Shown: piece after piece, positions 1 through 13,259 of the stretch | How the letters are laid out: each line of letters begins with the position of its first letter | Numbering within the stretch: the stretch's first letter is position 1 | Assembly: GCF_009914755.1 (NCBI RefSeq) | Contig: NC_060932.1 | Reading direction: 5' to 3' (one strand) | Length of the DNA stretch: 64,000 bases | Source: the human T2T-CHM13v2.0 reference genome, Homo sapiens | Made by a program: the position numbers and the translations under genes | Notes under the pieces: generated by a model | The model's database searches: none | What the model was told of the DNA's origin: nothing | The model's input: only the letters and a program-made list of their open reading frames with translations

Positions 1-345
1 TTGCTTCCAGGTCTCTGTTTCATCCCCGTGGGGTGCTTTTCCTCTCTCTTCCCTCCTCATGTGGATAATTTCTACTTGTACTTCAAAACCCAGCTTATAC
101 ATCATCTCATAAGTAGCATGCCATGGCCTTCTAACCTGTCTCCAATGTGTTCCCACAGGACACCCCTCTATCCTGTAGAGACATCTATCATGCCTTTCTG
201 TACCTGTTCATCTCCTTGTCTGTATCACTTGTTAGCTAGACTAAGGCTATGAGAACATGAGATGTATCTGTTTTATTCATTATTGTATTCCACCACCTAG
301 ATAGGACTTGGCCCTAATGAAAGAATGAATGAGTGTGTGAATGAA
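1..345 (+). mobile_element. L2 LINE 3' end relic
   Basis: L2 3' pattern ending in GAATGAATGAGTGTGTGAATGAATG tail. Confidence 0.6.
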
Positions 346-445
346 TGTATTTATTGAGTGCCAGCAGTGTGCTGGCCATTTGGTAAGAACTGAAACTGGA
401 GGGGTGATCATAGCACAGTCCCTGCCCTGAAGGGTTTCCCTGTCT
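346..445 (-). mobile_element. L2 LINE 3' end relic, tail-to-tail with previous copy
   Basis: TATTTATTGAGTGCC...GTCCCTGCCCTGAAGG matches antisense L2 3' end. Confidence 0.55.
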
Positions 446-1099
446 CCATACAGAACAGCTAAGGTTCACAGAGGGTGTAAGTGCCAGAGCCTGGCCTTAA
501 ATCCAATCCTGGTTCCAGATGCAGGCTCTTCACTCCACATCAACTGTTCTTGTGTCAACACCCAGTGTGGATCCATTTGGATAGAGTGGTTTGTGGTTGG
601 GCCTGTCTGAGGCTGGGTGTGAAATGGCATTCAGGCCAAGAGCTTTGTTCCAAATAACTGTTTTCCTCTTCATCTGAAGAGAGATCTGTTGATAGTGTTT
701 GGCTTTGGAAAACATGTTGGGACTAACATTACACTCTTATTTGTGCATTAAAACATGGGCATCAAAATATACCTTACTGAATAATGAAAGCAGCCTTCAA
801 AGTTGAATGGTTGATTTGCTGGTCGTTCTTCATGGTCAGGCTTAGATATCAGGAACTAATTCTCCAGTCATTCTTGACAGAAACTTAGGGGACCCAAGTT
901 CTAATCTCAGCCTGACTGGTAGGCATTTGCATGATTGTTTTTATGAAAGAAAGCCCCACCTTATCCCCTAAAAAAATTAACTTTCTTTGACCTAAAGCTG
1001 CTATGGAAATCTCATATTCTTTTCTAGTGTTTGGTTTACTACATAACCCAATTCTTCCCAATAAGACACAGGACGAAGACCCACAAGAAGCTTCATTTC

Positions 1100-1420
1100 T
1101 AAATAAAAACACAGAGCCTATTGAGAGAAAGCATTTAGCACAACTTCCCTTCACCCTGAGAGGGACACTATTGAAAGAACATGAATGTGGAGTTGTAGAA
1201 GCTCTCCTGTGACCCCAAAGCAATGAAAAAGGATGAAAAAAAAGGGGTCAAGTCCTGAGTGTAGCTGACCAGGAAGATTAGAAAGAGTGCCAGTTAAGCC
1301 CCAGAACTAAAGCTGTGGTCTTCTGGTTCCATGAGATAATTTAATGTCTTCCTTATTGCTCAGAGCCACTCTAAGTTGGGTTTTCTATTACTGTCAGACA
1401 AAAGCATTCCAAAGAGATAC
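1100..1420 (+). mobile_element. MLT1-type (ERVL-MaLR) LTR fragment
   Basis: MaLR 3' end motif GCCACTCTAAGTTGGGTTTTCTATTACTGTCAGACAAAAGCATTCC. Confidence 0.55.
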
Positions 1421-1914
1421 ATATGCAGCCAATGAAGTTGCAGCTGTTAGGTTATAACAAAAGCAAAAACAAACAAAACTAATCTGTTGATTGGACCAAA
1501 TCAACCATCACAGTATACCTTTCTCGATTTACTCATCTGTCGAATGAGGAAAATATAATTGACCTTGAGAAATGCCAATGAGGGAAATATGGTGTTAACT
1601 TTTCAGACACTAGCAGTGGTACTTTAAGTCTCTGTATTTAAAGTATGTCTGTCGTACGTATGCACCATTGTTCTGGATATATGTATATATGTACTATTCT
1701 GTTTCATGTAGACCCTACTTAAATTCCTATTTTTAGGCAATATGACATAAGAAGAAAAGAGCAAGACCATTGAAGTTATACCTAGGTTTGTATCCCAGAT
1801 CTTTTGCTTCATAAGTTGTATAGCCTTACCCTTGTCTGAGCTTTAGAAGTCTTTTCATAAAATAAGAATGGTAGTGTCTACATCTAGAGGGTTGTGAGAT
1901 CAAATTAGCTAACA

Positions 1915-2150
1915 TAAAGGGTACAAAATTCCAGTTAGATAGTAGGAATAAGTTCAAGAGACCTATTGTGCAACATGGTGACTCTAGTAAAAATGTGTTG
2001 TATTCTTGAAAATTGCTAAAACAGTAGATATAAGTGTTCTTATCACAAAAAAAGTGTGTGTGGTAATGCATGTTAATTAACTTGCTCTAGCCATGCTGCA
2101 CTCTGCACTCATTTCAAAATATCATGTAGTGCAACATGATAAATATATAC
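1915..2150 (+). mobile_element. L1MA-type 3' UTR fragment nested in a MIR (about 1770-2230)
   Basis: GGGTACAAAATTCCAGTTAGATAGTAGGAATAAGTTCAAGAG...TTGAAAATTGCTAA is typical L1MA 3' UTR; MIR core on both sides. Confidence 0.75.
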
Positions 2151-2825
2151 CAAAGAAAATGTGTGAATATGACAGCCGAGAGCCTGGTATGTGGTTGACA
2201 TGCAATACATTTTAGATACTATTGTTAGTTCAATATGTTCCATGTGAATCAACTACTTAGTTTACGATATATCACATCTTATCTTGTACTTCCAGGGGTG
2301 AGGTGTTATTCTCTCCATTTAACTTCCTTGTACATGAGTAGTGCTGCATTAATGGTGATTATATACTTCATTTAGCTTCACCTCTAGGAGTCAGTTCTGA
2401 ATCTCCCATCCCCTTAACCTCTCATATCCAGTCAATTGCAGAACGAGTCATTCTTTTTGTGTTTGTTTTCAGAAAGGGAGTTTAGCTGAAGCATTAATTA
2501 TGCGGAGGCAGTAAAGTGAGGTCAGGGTGATTAAGTTTAGGCCAGAGGACTAGGGGCATTTCATGCAAGTCGAAGAGTTGTGGTTGCATGCTGTGGGTAC
2601 AGGGGAGTTGTAGAAGCGACGTCCTGAAACAGAAGGAGCTTTGCATCAGAACAGAGGGAACCTGGACAGACAAAAGCAATAGTGAGTTTGCTGCAGGACA
2701 GCTCATCCACTTTCTCTTCACTGTATAGACACCACCAATCAGCACATTGAGTAAAGCAGTTGGCGGTTGGGTAATAGACTAAAGAGCTTAAAGCTGTTTG
2801 TGTTTATGTAATTGGCCAAAGAGCT

Positions 2826-3465
2826 TGAAGGAAACCAAAACATGGCACCCCCAAATAATCTTCCTTGGCATATTTCTATATGGATTAAGAGGGGCTGCAG
2901 ACCCAGAAATAGGTCTGAAAAGCTGTCCTTTGTGGGAGAGATTTATATCTGTGGAGCAAATCTACCTTAGTGAAATAAACAGTGATGTAAACAGCAATGA
3001 AAACAGGCTCTCTGTGAAGCTCCCTATCTGTTTTATCCCGATCTAGGAAGAACTTAACTCACAGGAAAAGGTGATAGAAGTATGATGCTTTTAGAGATTT
3101 GACAGAGAAACATTTTATCACCAGGTACCATCTATTCTTTCTGAGAGCAGCTACCTGAGAGATTCTTATCTTTCTAATAAGACAGCCTTAGCTCACCATG
3201 CTTTCCTCCCCTGAGTCTTTCATAGCCTGTGATGCTACTTCCCCTGAGAAGCCCTGAAGCCCCATTCTTTATGTAATCCCAGGATGGTATAGAAACCTCA
3301 GTCCTCTGGCTCTTCCTTGAATCTCATATTTGCAGGACTCCTGTGTCTATGTATACATTAATAAATTTATGTACCTTTTTCCTGTTCATCTGTCTATTGT
3401 CAACTTATTTCAACAGATGCAGACTGGAACCTTTGGAGGAGGAGGGAAATTCTTCTTGCCTCTGA
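2826..3465 (+). mobile_element. ERV1 solo LTR, MER34/MER39-like
   Basis: Starts TGAAGGAAACCAAAACATGGCACCCCCAAAT; AATAAA at about 3360 followed by CCTGTTCATCTGTCT. Confidence 0.65.
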
Positions 3466-4894
3466 AAGCTAAAAGATTAAAGAATATTGCAGTGTTTCAT
3501 TTAGGTATTTCAAAAACACAAGAGTTCTTTGGGGAGTAAAAATGCCTAGCCAAAGACAAATGGGGATTTCTGGAAAGTTTTCTCTTTTCCAAAACACTTC
3601 TTCTCACATTTGGGTATATATTGACAGCTCTGAGTCCATTGTACATGATACAGCATTGGCCCATTGAGTTTGTTACTGGAGAAAACAAACAATGATTGGA
3701 AGTCTGGCAAATTGAATCCCATTGATCTATTAAACATTAGAGGTAGGAGAGTATTAAGGATCGTATGGCTCATGCTTCATTCTTATAGATGGGAGAACAG
3801 AAGTCTAGAAGGAGAAGTGACTTGCCCACTGTTAAACAGAACCATGTTATGCTTATTAATTTTTTGATTTAAAGTGGTGGGGAAAAAACCTCAAGGCAAA
3901 CTCTCGGTGAGTATTGGCTTACCTATTATTAAAGTTTACTTTCTCTTGCAAATTTTTTGAGTATCAATTATTTGTGTAGCACCATAATAAATTTTGAAGA
4001 TACAGAAATCTAGATGATAGGAGCTCTTTAGACACACAATTACATTACTGCTCCTTTATAAATATTGAGTTTGTAGAGTTTCCTTGGAATGAGAGAAAAA
4101 TATATTCAAGCAATGTCAAACTGCCTTCTCTCCATGCAGCTGCCAATTTATGTAAACTATCATATGCAAAGTAACTGCAGGGGACTTTCTGAAGAAAAGA
4201 AAATCACCATTTATGACTATTTCGCTTTGGTGTGTAATCTCTGTAGGGAATCCCAGTGCTGGGAGGCTGGGTTGGATCAGAAGAAATAGCTATAACTCAT
4301 GTGACCAAACCCAGCTCCCCAAGGAAAGGGGCTATTTCTTTCTTAGACCACAGAAGACACCAAAGATCATATAAGCCAGCTGAGGGGCTGCCTACTATCC
4401 CAGGCTTTTTTTTTCTTGCTCAGCCTTTCAGGGGTGAGTGGGCCTCCTCCTCCTACTGGATCTTCCTGCTGCAGTAGTGCCCAGTGTGGAAGAAGAAAGA
4501 AAAATGCATCTCAAAGGAACATAAGGCTTTCTAAGGCAAGAATACACCACACAGAGGCAGGTGCCTTCATCTGACTCTTGCTCCTTACTCCAAAAGCCTT
4601 TCTTCCACTCCTATCCCAGAAATCTTGCCAGCCACCCACACTCCACAGCATGGTACCATAGTGGCATCCTTGGCTTTGATTATATCCTAAACTCCTTCTT
4701 GGGAAGACATAGGGTTAAGAGTGTTAGAACTTTTCTGGAGACCAATATCACTAATCACATCAAGAAAATCAGCTCTGGCCACAAAGCCACTTGGACAATC
4801 CTGAAAAATGATTTTAAACTTGCCTGTGGTTGTAACTTCAAGGGAAGAACCTCATGATAATTTATTTTACTGCATCTGTATTTAGTATTTATTC

Positions 4895-6070
4895 GCTTGC
4901 TTCATTTGTTCAACAGTGATGAACTAAAGTCCTACTGTGTACCAGGCATATCTAGAAAGGGTAGCTTCCTCTGCTTTTATTCATTTTGGAGAACTATGTG
5001 CTGTCATGAAGACTAGTTTCTAGGGGTAGAGAAACACAGTAAGTGAGAACATTATCATCTTTCATCAAGTCAAAGATATCAGTGATTGTAAGATGTGCTA
5101 CAATTTTTTGGGCCACTGAGAAAGAAATTTAATGATAAACAAAGCAAATATGTGCCAGCTAAAGTTGATGCTTGTGGTTTCAGTGCTGCTGTGTCCTACC
5201 TCCTGTATACACCATGGTGTCTTTTGATCTGCCTGGCTGCCCACCCCAGAGCAAACACATAACCACAAATCGTAGTGGGTTTAATGACTGGAATATGAGG
5301 GTTGGTATTTAGTGCTCCAGACCCAAGCCTGCCCTTAGGGGAACACAAGTCAGGACACATCATCAACTCTAAGATAGATCTTGATTTCAAAAATGTGAGT
5401 ATATGAAAAAAAAATCTTAGAAATGATGAAATATGGTAAAAATTGTCATTGGCACTAAGGAGAAAAATTAGCTGTGAAATGTAAACAGCATGTCCCAGAG
5501 AGAGCCTCACTGGTAGAGGACTTTCTGGAAAAGACTGGAAGGCAGCAAAGCTTAGGCGTGTTTGTGGGTGGAACATTCCTGGGAAGGGGAACAAGCCATG
5601 CAAGGACTCCGAGGGAGGGGTGTGTCTGGTCTATTCATGGGACAAAGAGGAGGCCAGTGTATCTGAAGAAAAGCAACGAAAGGACAGAAAAATAGAAAAT
5701 AGAAATATGGAGGTTAGATTTTGCACAGAACTTTCGGTCATTTTGAGGACTGATTTTACTCTGGGTGAGACAGGAAGCCATTGGAGGGATCTGTGCAGAA
5801 TAGTCTGAACTGCCTTAGATTTTCACAGGCTGGATCTGCCTGCTGTGTTGAGAAGAGTTTAAAGAGGAGCAAGAGTGGAAGCAGAGAGACCAATTAGGAG
5901 GCTACTGCAGATCTAGAGAGAGAGGATGGTGACTTGGACCAGAGCAATAACAGTGAAAGTAGTGAACAGTGGTCAGAATGTAGAAATACATTGAAGGTAG
6001 AGCTGAAAGGATTTTCTCATAAATTGAAAATGGAAAATGAGAGACAGAGGAGTCAAGGATGACTCCAAGA
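4895..6070 (-). mobile_element. L2 LINE relic, interrupted by a Tc2/Kanga-like DNA transposon
   Basis: Antisense L2 motifs GGAAGCCATTGGAGGG, GAGACCAATTAGGAGGCTACTGCAG, GAGGAGTCAAGGATGACTCC. Confidence 0.8.
5055..5436. mobile_element. TcMar-Tc2 (Kanga/MER104-like) non-autonomous DNA transposon
   Basis: Degenerate TIRs TCATCTTTCATCAAGTCAAAGAT ... ATCTTAGAAATGATGAAATATGG, flanked by TA on both sides. Confidence 0.6.
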
Positions 6071-9000
6071 TCATTGTTTATATTATATTTATCTGTTCCC
6101 ATCAAATTAGGTCATATGAGCCTCCTCCTTCCCCACCTTCTTGGTCTTCCAGGACATTCTGTATTTCTCTGCATCACAGATCACAGAGCTATGTGTCAAT
6201 TTCCTTATCCATAAAACAAAGATGATATTAGTAATGCAGACCTCATGGGGTTTTATAATTACTAAAATGCATGTGAAGTAGGTATTATATGCTAGATACT
6301 TTTCAATGCATGCCTCAATGCTGCTTTAGTAAATGTTCACTATTATTTCTATCATCTTGCTTTATTATTGCTAAGTAGACAAATGTTCATATTGGATACC
6401 AAGGGTGGGGGAGGTGGGCTGTCAGCCGTCTGCTCCTGCCAGGACTCTACCCACCACTTCTGGGCAAACCACACTCAGCAAGTGAAGAAGAAATATCCGA
6501 TTAGTTAGAAGCCAAGACAAACATTGGATAATCTTGGATCAGGGGCAGGGATTCTCCGTTGTAAGGGCAAGAGCCCATATTTTTCTCTTTTCTTCTCTTC
6601 CTCCCTCTTGTACCCAATGGAAAGTAAGTGGACCTAGGCAGAGCTTATTTCCTTGGGCCAGCAAAGGTGCTCTTTTGTTCCTGGTTCCTTGTAAGTGAAA
6701 GGGGGAAGGATGCAGGACCCTCTGTAACCCAGTCATCTCTCTTTGGCCACCTGGCTCAGATACCACAATTCTGAGAAGTCCTTTGAAAGATGTGATCCAG
6801 GCAAACTCTATCAGGAGGTTGTGTTGGACTCTCCAAACAGGGCCCATCCTGTATACCAACATGCTCTTGCGATTCCCTCTTCTCGGCCTGCCTTACCTTC
6901 CTTCTCCTCTCTAGCCTCTTTCTAATAAACTCTTCTCACTCTTCTGTGTCCATCCAGAATATGTATAAACTGGAGCACTTTCTCCTTGACACACAGAAGG
7001 GACAGGCAAGGTCTCTGTTAAGCTTGTTTATTGCTGTGCACCATGGATGTGTTCTTCACATCCTCCCTCACTCTCTGCCTGGATCTTTTGTTTCACTTCT
7101 TTAAATGATTGGCTTTTTCATCTTAGAAAAGGCAGACCCAATCTAAGGTCCAGATGAGTTTAGCTATGCTTTGCTTCTTAAAAGGGAAAGCAATGGAGTT
7201 CAGAGGCTATTGAAAATTTATAGCTGATTGGTGGGTAGAAACAAACAACAAAGAAAGGAGCTCGGAAGTGAAGTGGCTCTTCCTGTTGGAATGGGGCCAC
7301 AGGGAATTACTCCAGCTCCCTGGTGGCAGGAAGTCTAGTAAGGCACCTGAGTGTTTACTGCTGAAAGATGCTGCTTCAGGTTTGTTGGTCATGCCAAGGA
7401 AGCATGGTAAAGGCTGAATGAGTTAGTAAGATGTGTGGGGGCATTTGTTTAAGCATCCACCACAAACAAGGCTCTATATTAAGCCTTACTAAGGGGCTCA
7501 CTTAGGTGAGTAAGACACAGCTCCTTGCCCTCTCTCCAGAAATAACTTCCCACCTCAGAGGGGAGATAAGGCAAATCTTTGTGCATTTCTCTGACCTTCC
7601 TCTCATGGGGTTATGGTGGTTCTAGGTGTGATGCAGTAGAAGCAGTGTCCTGGTAAGGCAAGCTCCAGGACCTGGGTTTGAATTTGATGGGGTGATGCCC
7701 ACAGGGCTAGAATTGGCCTGGACTGGAGTGAATGCTGGTGATCACACCTCTCTGATGAGGCCAGTCTAGGGCAGACTTGTCAGGGGGCCTCTCTGGCCCA
7801 CAGAGTTCTCACTCACCCTTGCTTCCCTGTGCTCCCATCCACATCTCTTTCCTTGCTTTTCCCCAGGTTTTATCTTTTACCAAAACATTCCAGCAGCATG
7901 GGAACAGCATGAGTCCTGAGGGGTAAAGTGTGGAGACATCTTTGACTGGAAACCCTCTGTGCCTTTCGCCTGCAATGCTCCTTGCTCACAGACCTTTTAG
8001 TAACCTTTCAGCTGCCCCAAGTGAGTTTCACTACAGTTCTTTTCCTACTTAAATTGACTAGCTCTATCCACCCAGGATACCCACTTAACTTCTCTGGGCC
8101 TTATTTTCTTACACATAAAATAGGGTAGAGGGAAGGCTTGGAATTCATAAGTACTCAGCTCTTTCCCTGCCTTGACATCTTGAGAATTGAAGCCATCTTT
8201 TCTATCTTCATGCCTCCAGGCATATGGATGTCCAGACATTTTCTATGTTCTGGTGAAAATGGACTGGACAGAGATGTCATACTCTTCCTTAGAACCCCAT
8301 TCTAGATTTTCATTTACCTCCCTATTCTGAGAAAACCAAGTAGTTCTACTTCATGTTTAATTAAGATCTCTCTTGTAGGTAATTTTCTTCTGAGTAGATT
8401 TCATGAATGTAGAGAACAATAACTAAATGCCTTTTTCATATAGAGCATTTATATGCTCACATATACAAGTTAATTTTCTTTTACAACCCTATATTTAGCC
8501 CCATTTGGGCCTCATTTCCATTAATTTGCATGTTGATATTCATATTTATGTAGATATATTCCTGGATTCAATGGAAAAGAATATCCTACACAGAAGGTTG
8601 GAAATGATAATTTATTCACAGAGCTTGATCCTAAGATTTAGGAGAAGTTCATTGGGCAGGATTGCCAAATTAAATACCTAACTACTTTTTCTGTACAGCT
8701 AAAAGTGGTTATGAATTATATTTACTCATTTGTCTTACAAAAGGAGAGCAGAGGTAGATGCAGCACATGGGAGATGTCCCCCAGCAAGACAGTCCTGATG
8801 AATGAAATAAGGTCTCTAAGAGGTATCAGGCATTTGGGAGAGAATGGACCACTTGGGTGCCTGAAATGTCAATCACTTTCCATGTGGATGCCACTCCTAA
8901 AATGTATTGTCCCTGGCAGACACCACGTGTCCCCTCTAATGTATGGTTCTCCTGTCTAGAACTTAAACAGAAGGAAGCTAGAGATTCTGATGTTAGGATA

Positions 9001-9119
9001 TCCACAGCTTTCACGATACCTGGGAGTTGGGACCCCACTGACTGTATATCACATGCTAAATGATATACTGGTTCTTTATATGCTGTCTTGCTACTTTTGA
9101 AAAATTGCCCAATAAAAAA

Positions 9120-9240
9120 GATATGATTGTTTCCAATTTTTAAATTAAAAAACCTGATGTTCAGAGAGGATAAAAGACTTGGCCAGGCCAAGAAATGGCA
9201 GACCCAAGTGTTGAAATCAGGAATGTCTGATCTCAAATTT
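9120..9240 (-). mobile_element. MIR
   Basis: Core CCAATTTT...GTTCAGAGAGGATAAAAGACTTGGCCAGG. Confidence 0.65.
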
Positions 9241-9389
9241 CATTTTATTTCTGCTTAATCAAGTCTCAGTAATTTGAAATGAAGAATACTTGGATGCCTT
9301 CGAGGTGAAACATGTTGAATAATCTCTCTGATTATTCTATTTGGCTAAGCCTCACTCAAGATTAATATTCAAGCAGGTTGTTTTAATTA

Positions 9390-9900
9390 TTTTTCTGCTA
9401 GAAAACAAAAATTGAGCTAAATATAGCCTGTTAATGCTTTATTGGGACGTGCAATCCCAGGGCAGCAAGGGAAAGGGAAAGTGAGAACTCCAAAGGAGGG
9501 GAAGAAAATACAAGGAGATAGGTTACGGAGCTGGTCAGTTTTACAGGAAGCACAACTGCATGATTGGCACAAGGGACAGCTTCAGACAAGCTAAGTGACA
9601 GCACTGAACCTCGGAGCTGTCAGTCCAGGCAAGGAGAAAGGGGTGTTTATTTCTCAGTAACTTCCCATCTTCTGTCTTTTACCGGTCCGCAGGGTGTTAG
9701 CTCATCTGTACTTCCAGATGGTATTGCCTAACCTCTCTAAGTAGCCGCTGACAAAGCCAGGCCCATGTCTCATGGTGAGGTCTTTCATCTAAAATCAGAA
9801 AAGGCAGGGAGAGTCAAAGCATCTGTGGGTCCAGCTGGGTTGGACCTGGCTGTTGGGGATACAGTGGCAGGAATGTCAAAGGACATGCTAAAGCCCAGTG
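9390..9900 (-). mobile_element. Old ERVL-class LTR, possibly the 3' LTR of the adjacent ERVL relic
   Basis: GCTTTATTGGGACGTGCAATCCCAGGGCAGCAAG resembles an antisense ERVL LTR polyA region; lies next to the ERVL internal sequence. Confidence 0.35.
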
Positions 9901-10514
9901 TTCTGCCTGGGAAGGATGAAACAGCCAGCAGTGTTAGGACATGAATTTATAGGGGCTAGTGTCCTATACCTGGGGTGCAGGTGGGCCTCACAAAATCTGA
10001 GGAAGTACATGCAAATCTACTTTCTAGGCCCTCACTATCTTATGCTATGTGCATCTCACTCTGTGATACTAGAACAACATGCATTTATTTCTTTCATTCT
10101 TCGAGGTGGTAGCCCTAGCAATCTCCTCAAAATACTTAATTAGGATTAGCAAACCCAGGGACTGTACCTACTCCCCAGGTTTAGGACACTAGCCCCTGTA
10201 AGCTCATGTCCTAACAGCTGATCTTGGAGCCATAGTTGATATTCATCATCTCTCTCTTCTATGACCCTTTCAAGATTTTCCTTATCCTTGGACAGCCCCT
10301 TGTCTGTTCTGGGTTGCTTGCCTAGTGACCCAGATGTTCATCCCAGAGAAGTTTAATCCCCTAATTCCTAGTCTTTGAGCAGGTTATAACTACTTCAATT
10401 GATGCTTATAGTAGCCAAGAGTGTCAAAGGACACCCATGGTTCCTATACCCATTTATTCTAATTTATTCTAGTTATTGAGGACATAGCATCATGTAACAG
10501 CCATTAAATGGATG

Positions 10515-10748
10515 CAGAAATAAATATATATTTTTTTTCTGTAAAGGGCATGATACTGATACTAGATAGTTTGAGCTTCATGAACCATACCATCTCTGTT
10601 GGAGCTACAGAACTCTGCCCACTTAGTGGTAAAGTAGCCATTGATAATATGTAAACAAATGGACATAGCTGTGTTCCAATATACTTTTATTTACAAAAAT
10701 AGACTTTAGGCCTTACTTGCCATGTAGTTTGTAGTTTGCTGACTCTTG
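10515..10748 (+). mobile_element. MER58A (hAT-Charlie) nested in the ERVL relic
   Basis: TTTTTCTGTAAAGGGC...AAATGGACATAGCTGTGTTCCAAT...GTAGTTTGCTGACTCTTG. Confidence 0.8.
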
Positions 10749-10914
10749 GTTTAGTGAGATGTTCTGAAAGTCAGTGTTTAAACTCACTATTGTTAGGTTG
10801 GAAGGTGTCTTAGTGAGCCTTTAAGCTTTAAGCCATGATTCCTCCAGACTGCCTACTTCTGAATAATAAGACACATGGTTAGACCTACAGGTCTCATGGT
10901 TCTGAACCCATTGT

Positions 10915-11266
10915 AAGCTTTTTGATGTGCTGCTGGATTCGGTTTGCCAGTACTTTATTGAGGATTTTCGCATCGATGTTCATCAGGGATATTGGTCTAA
11001 AATTTTCTTTTTTTGTTGTGTCTCTGCCAGGTTTTGGTATCAGGACGATGCTGGCCTCATAAAATGAGTAGGGAGGATTCCCTCTTTTGTATTGTTTAGA
11101 ATAGTTTCAGAAGGAATGGTACCAGCTCCTCTTTGTACCTCTGGTAGAATTCGGCTGTGAACCTGTCTGGTCCTGGGCTTTTTTTGGTTGGTAGGCTATT
11201 AATTACTGCCTCAATTTCAAAACTTTTTATTGGTCTCTTCAGGGATCCAACATCTTCCTGGTTTAG
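10915..11266 (-). mobile_element. L1PA internal ORF2 fragment with no 3' UTR, polyA or TSD
   Basis: Close match to antisense L1PA ORF2 (AAGCTTTTTGATGTGCTGCTGGATTCGGTTTGCC...TTCCTGGTTTAG). Confidence 0.9.
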
Positions 11267-12420
11267 GAAGTTACTCCTTTCACATGAGGCAATATTGCGT
11301 TGGATAATATGGATCAGGCATTTTATAAGTCCTTAGATGATAGTGCTAGAGGAAGCAATGTAGTCAGGGAAGGACAACTAATGTCCGAAGTGGGTATCGA
11401 TTACACTGCCTCCTCATGGTGAAGCATGTTTGACATAGTCAATGTCCCATTCAGCAGCTCACTAGTCACCCTGAGGAATGATGCCAAGTAGACACGTTGG
11501 TCTCTGCTGAGGATGTTGTACACCCAGTAGTGCCAATGGCTATCATCCCAGATAAAGAAGACCCATGTTGTTAAGTTTGTATAAATTCTATCTGTACCAT
11601 CATATACAACAAGCTCATGGGTGCAATGAACACACACTGGGGTGGCTGATAGAAAAGGCTGGCCCTCATCCACAGGTTGGGTTATTCTCTTCACTTGACT
11701 ATTCAGTATCTACTGTGTGGTATAACCTCTGTGGCAAGCATACTTTGAAACATAAAGATCCACATCTTTGTAGTCAGTCCTATTGATCTGCTTCTATACA
11801 TCTTACTCAGATTTTTCCCCCAAATTGTCTATTCATGTGTCTACCAAACTCTTGACCAACTGATCAAGTGATTCACCACTGCCCAAAAGTCAATGTATAT
11901 CCGTATCTCAGTTCACCCCTTCCTGCATGTCAAGTGGACAGCCTTCCAATGGTCATATATCTGCCTATCTACCTCTCCTATGTAGCTTTTCAGAACCCGA
12001 AAGTGTGGCTTAATGAAGCAGCTAAATTATTTCTTATCTGTCAATTGATGATACGAAATATCCCACTTTCTCTTATTAGGCCATGGTGAGATAAAGAAGA
12101 GACATCAGTAGCATAAATACTTGGTGTTTTTGTTCATATGCTGTTTCCACTGCCAGAAGCTGATTTTCAAATGGAGAGTATTTCTCTTCTGCAGAGGTGA
12201 TGGCATTGCTTTAGAATTCTAGGTCTGCACTGTGACTTTCCCAATAGGCTTGTTGAAGACCCCTCACACTATTGTAATCTACTAATATCTCAACACTATG
12301 GAATCCACCAGGTCATAAAGCTCATGTCATCAGAGGTTTGCACTGGTTTTTGGACCTCTTATAGAGGCCTTTCTAACTCTGGGCCCCAACAAAAAGTGGA
12401 AGCCTTTAAATTAGCCAGTT

Positions 12421-12601
12421 AACGTTAAGTTCACCCTATGCTCAAGCTATCATTTTTGCTGCAGTTCTATAGCATTTACTCTCTGTCCCATTATGTGTGG
12501 TTTTAATAGTGCATTGTTTGATATTGTAATAATCTAATAAACACTTGAATGAATGTATGAGTCTTCAGTTCAATTTTAAAGCACTAGAGAATAGCTAACC
12601 A
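12421..12601 (+). repeat. Local direct duplicate of 17021-17201
   Basis: About 180 bp colinear, about 92% identical by eye, offset 4600 bp. Confidence 0.9.
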
Positions 12602-12604
12602 CCA

Positions 12605-12960
12605 CTTTTCTCCTAGCTCCCAGCTATTGTCCCCGCTAGCATTCACAGGGCTCAGATGTCATCTCCTCTTCACTTAGCAAGTTGTTACTCATCTTTTAAG
12701 GACCAGGTTGAGTTTAGTTTCTCTGAAAATTCTTACCTACTCTAAAGAAGCTGAAACTCTCTTTTACACTCTGGCCCTATTGAATCTCATTCACTTTGTT
12801 ACATTATATTATACTTATCTACGTTCTGTCTCTTCTAATTTGTTAACTTTTTAGGAGCAGGGATATATCTTAATCATCTTAAAATCCTTAAGGAATAGAG
12901 AAGGCTTGAAATGAAGTAGGTGCTTACTAAACGTTTGTCAAATAAAATAAATGAGTGGAT
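12605..12960 (+). mobile_element. L2 3' end relic
   Basis: TTAGGAGCAGGGATATATCTT...GTAGGTGCTTACTAAACGTTTGTCAAATAAAATAAATG. Confidence 0.6.
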
Positions 12961-13259
12961 TTATGATGCTATGCATGAATTTATGATAATCAAAGTATAT
13001 TTTTTTCTGTTCAAAAACACAAATAAACAATAACATTATCACACTCAGGTGTATCCTACACTATCTATGTGTAATACTGACTAAATTAAAATGACAAGCC
13101 AGGCCATTCAGGTCCAGGGTATAGTTTGACCCTAATCTCAGAAAATAAAAGGGGGGAGGAAGAGGTGCTATTTGTTTCTAAAATAGTGTTAATTAAATAT
13201 ACAAAAATTAACAAATAGTGTTAATTAAAAAGGGAGAAAGTAAAAGAGGAATATAAAAT

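Larger units (their letters stand above)
10150..12420 (-). mobile_element. ERVL-class internal relic (pol: RT/RNase H/integrase), heavily degenerate
   Basis: Minus-strand translations [42 protein letters not shown] and [19 protein letters not shown] align by eye to ERVL integrase (MTRSVDVSQPLSPATPVLAQWAHE; CLIHRHGIPHSIASDQGTHF; QWAHAHGIHWSYHVPHHPE). Confidence 0.75.

Noticed and set aside
11401-11694. 97-aa ORF as a domesticated integrase
   Set aside because: Only the first third resembles ERVL integrase before a frameshift; the zinc-finger residues are degenerate and the region is interrupted by L1 and MER58.
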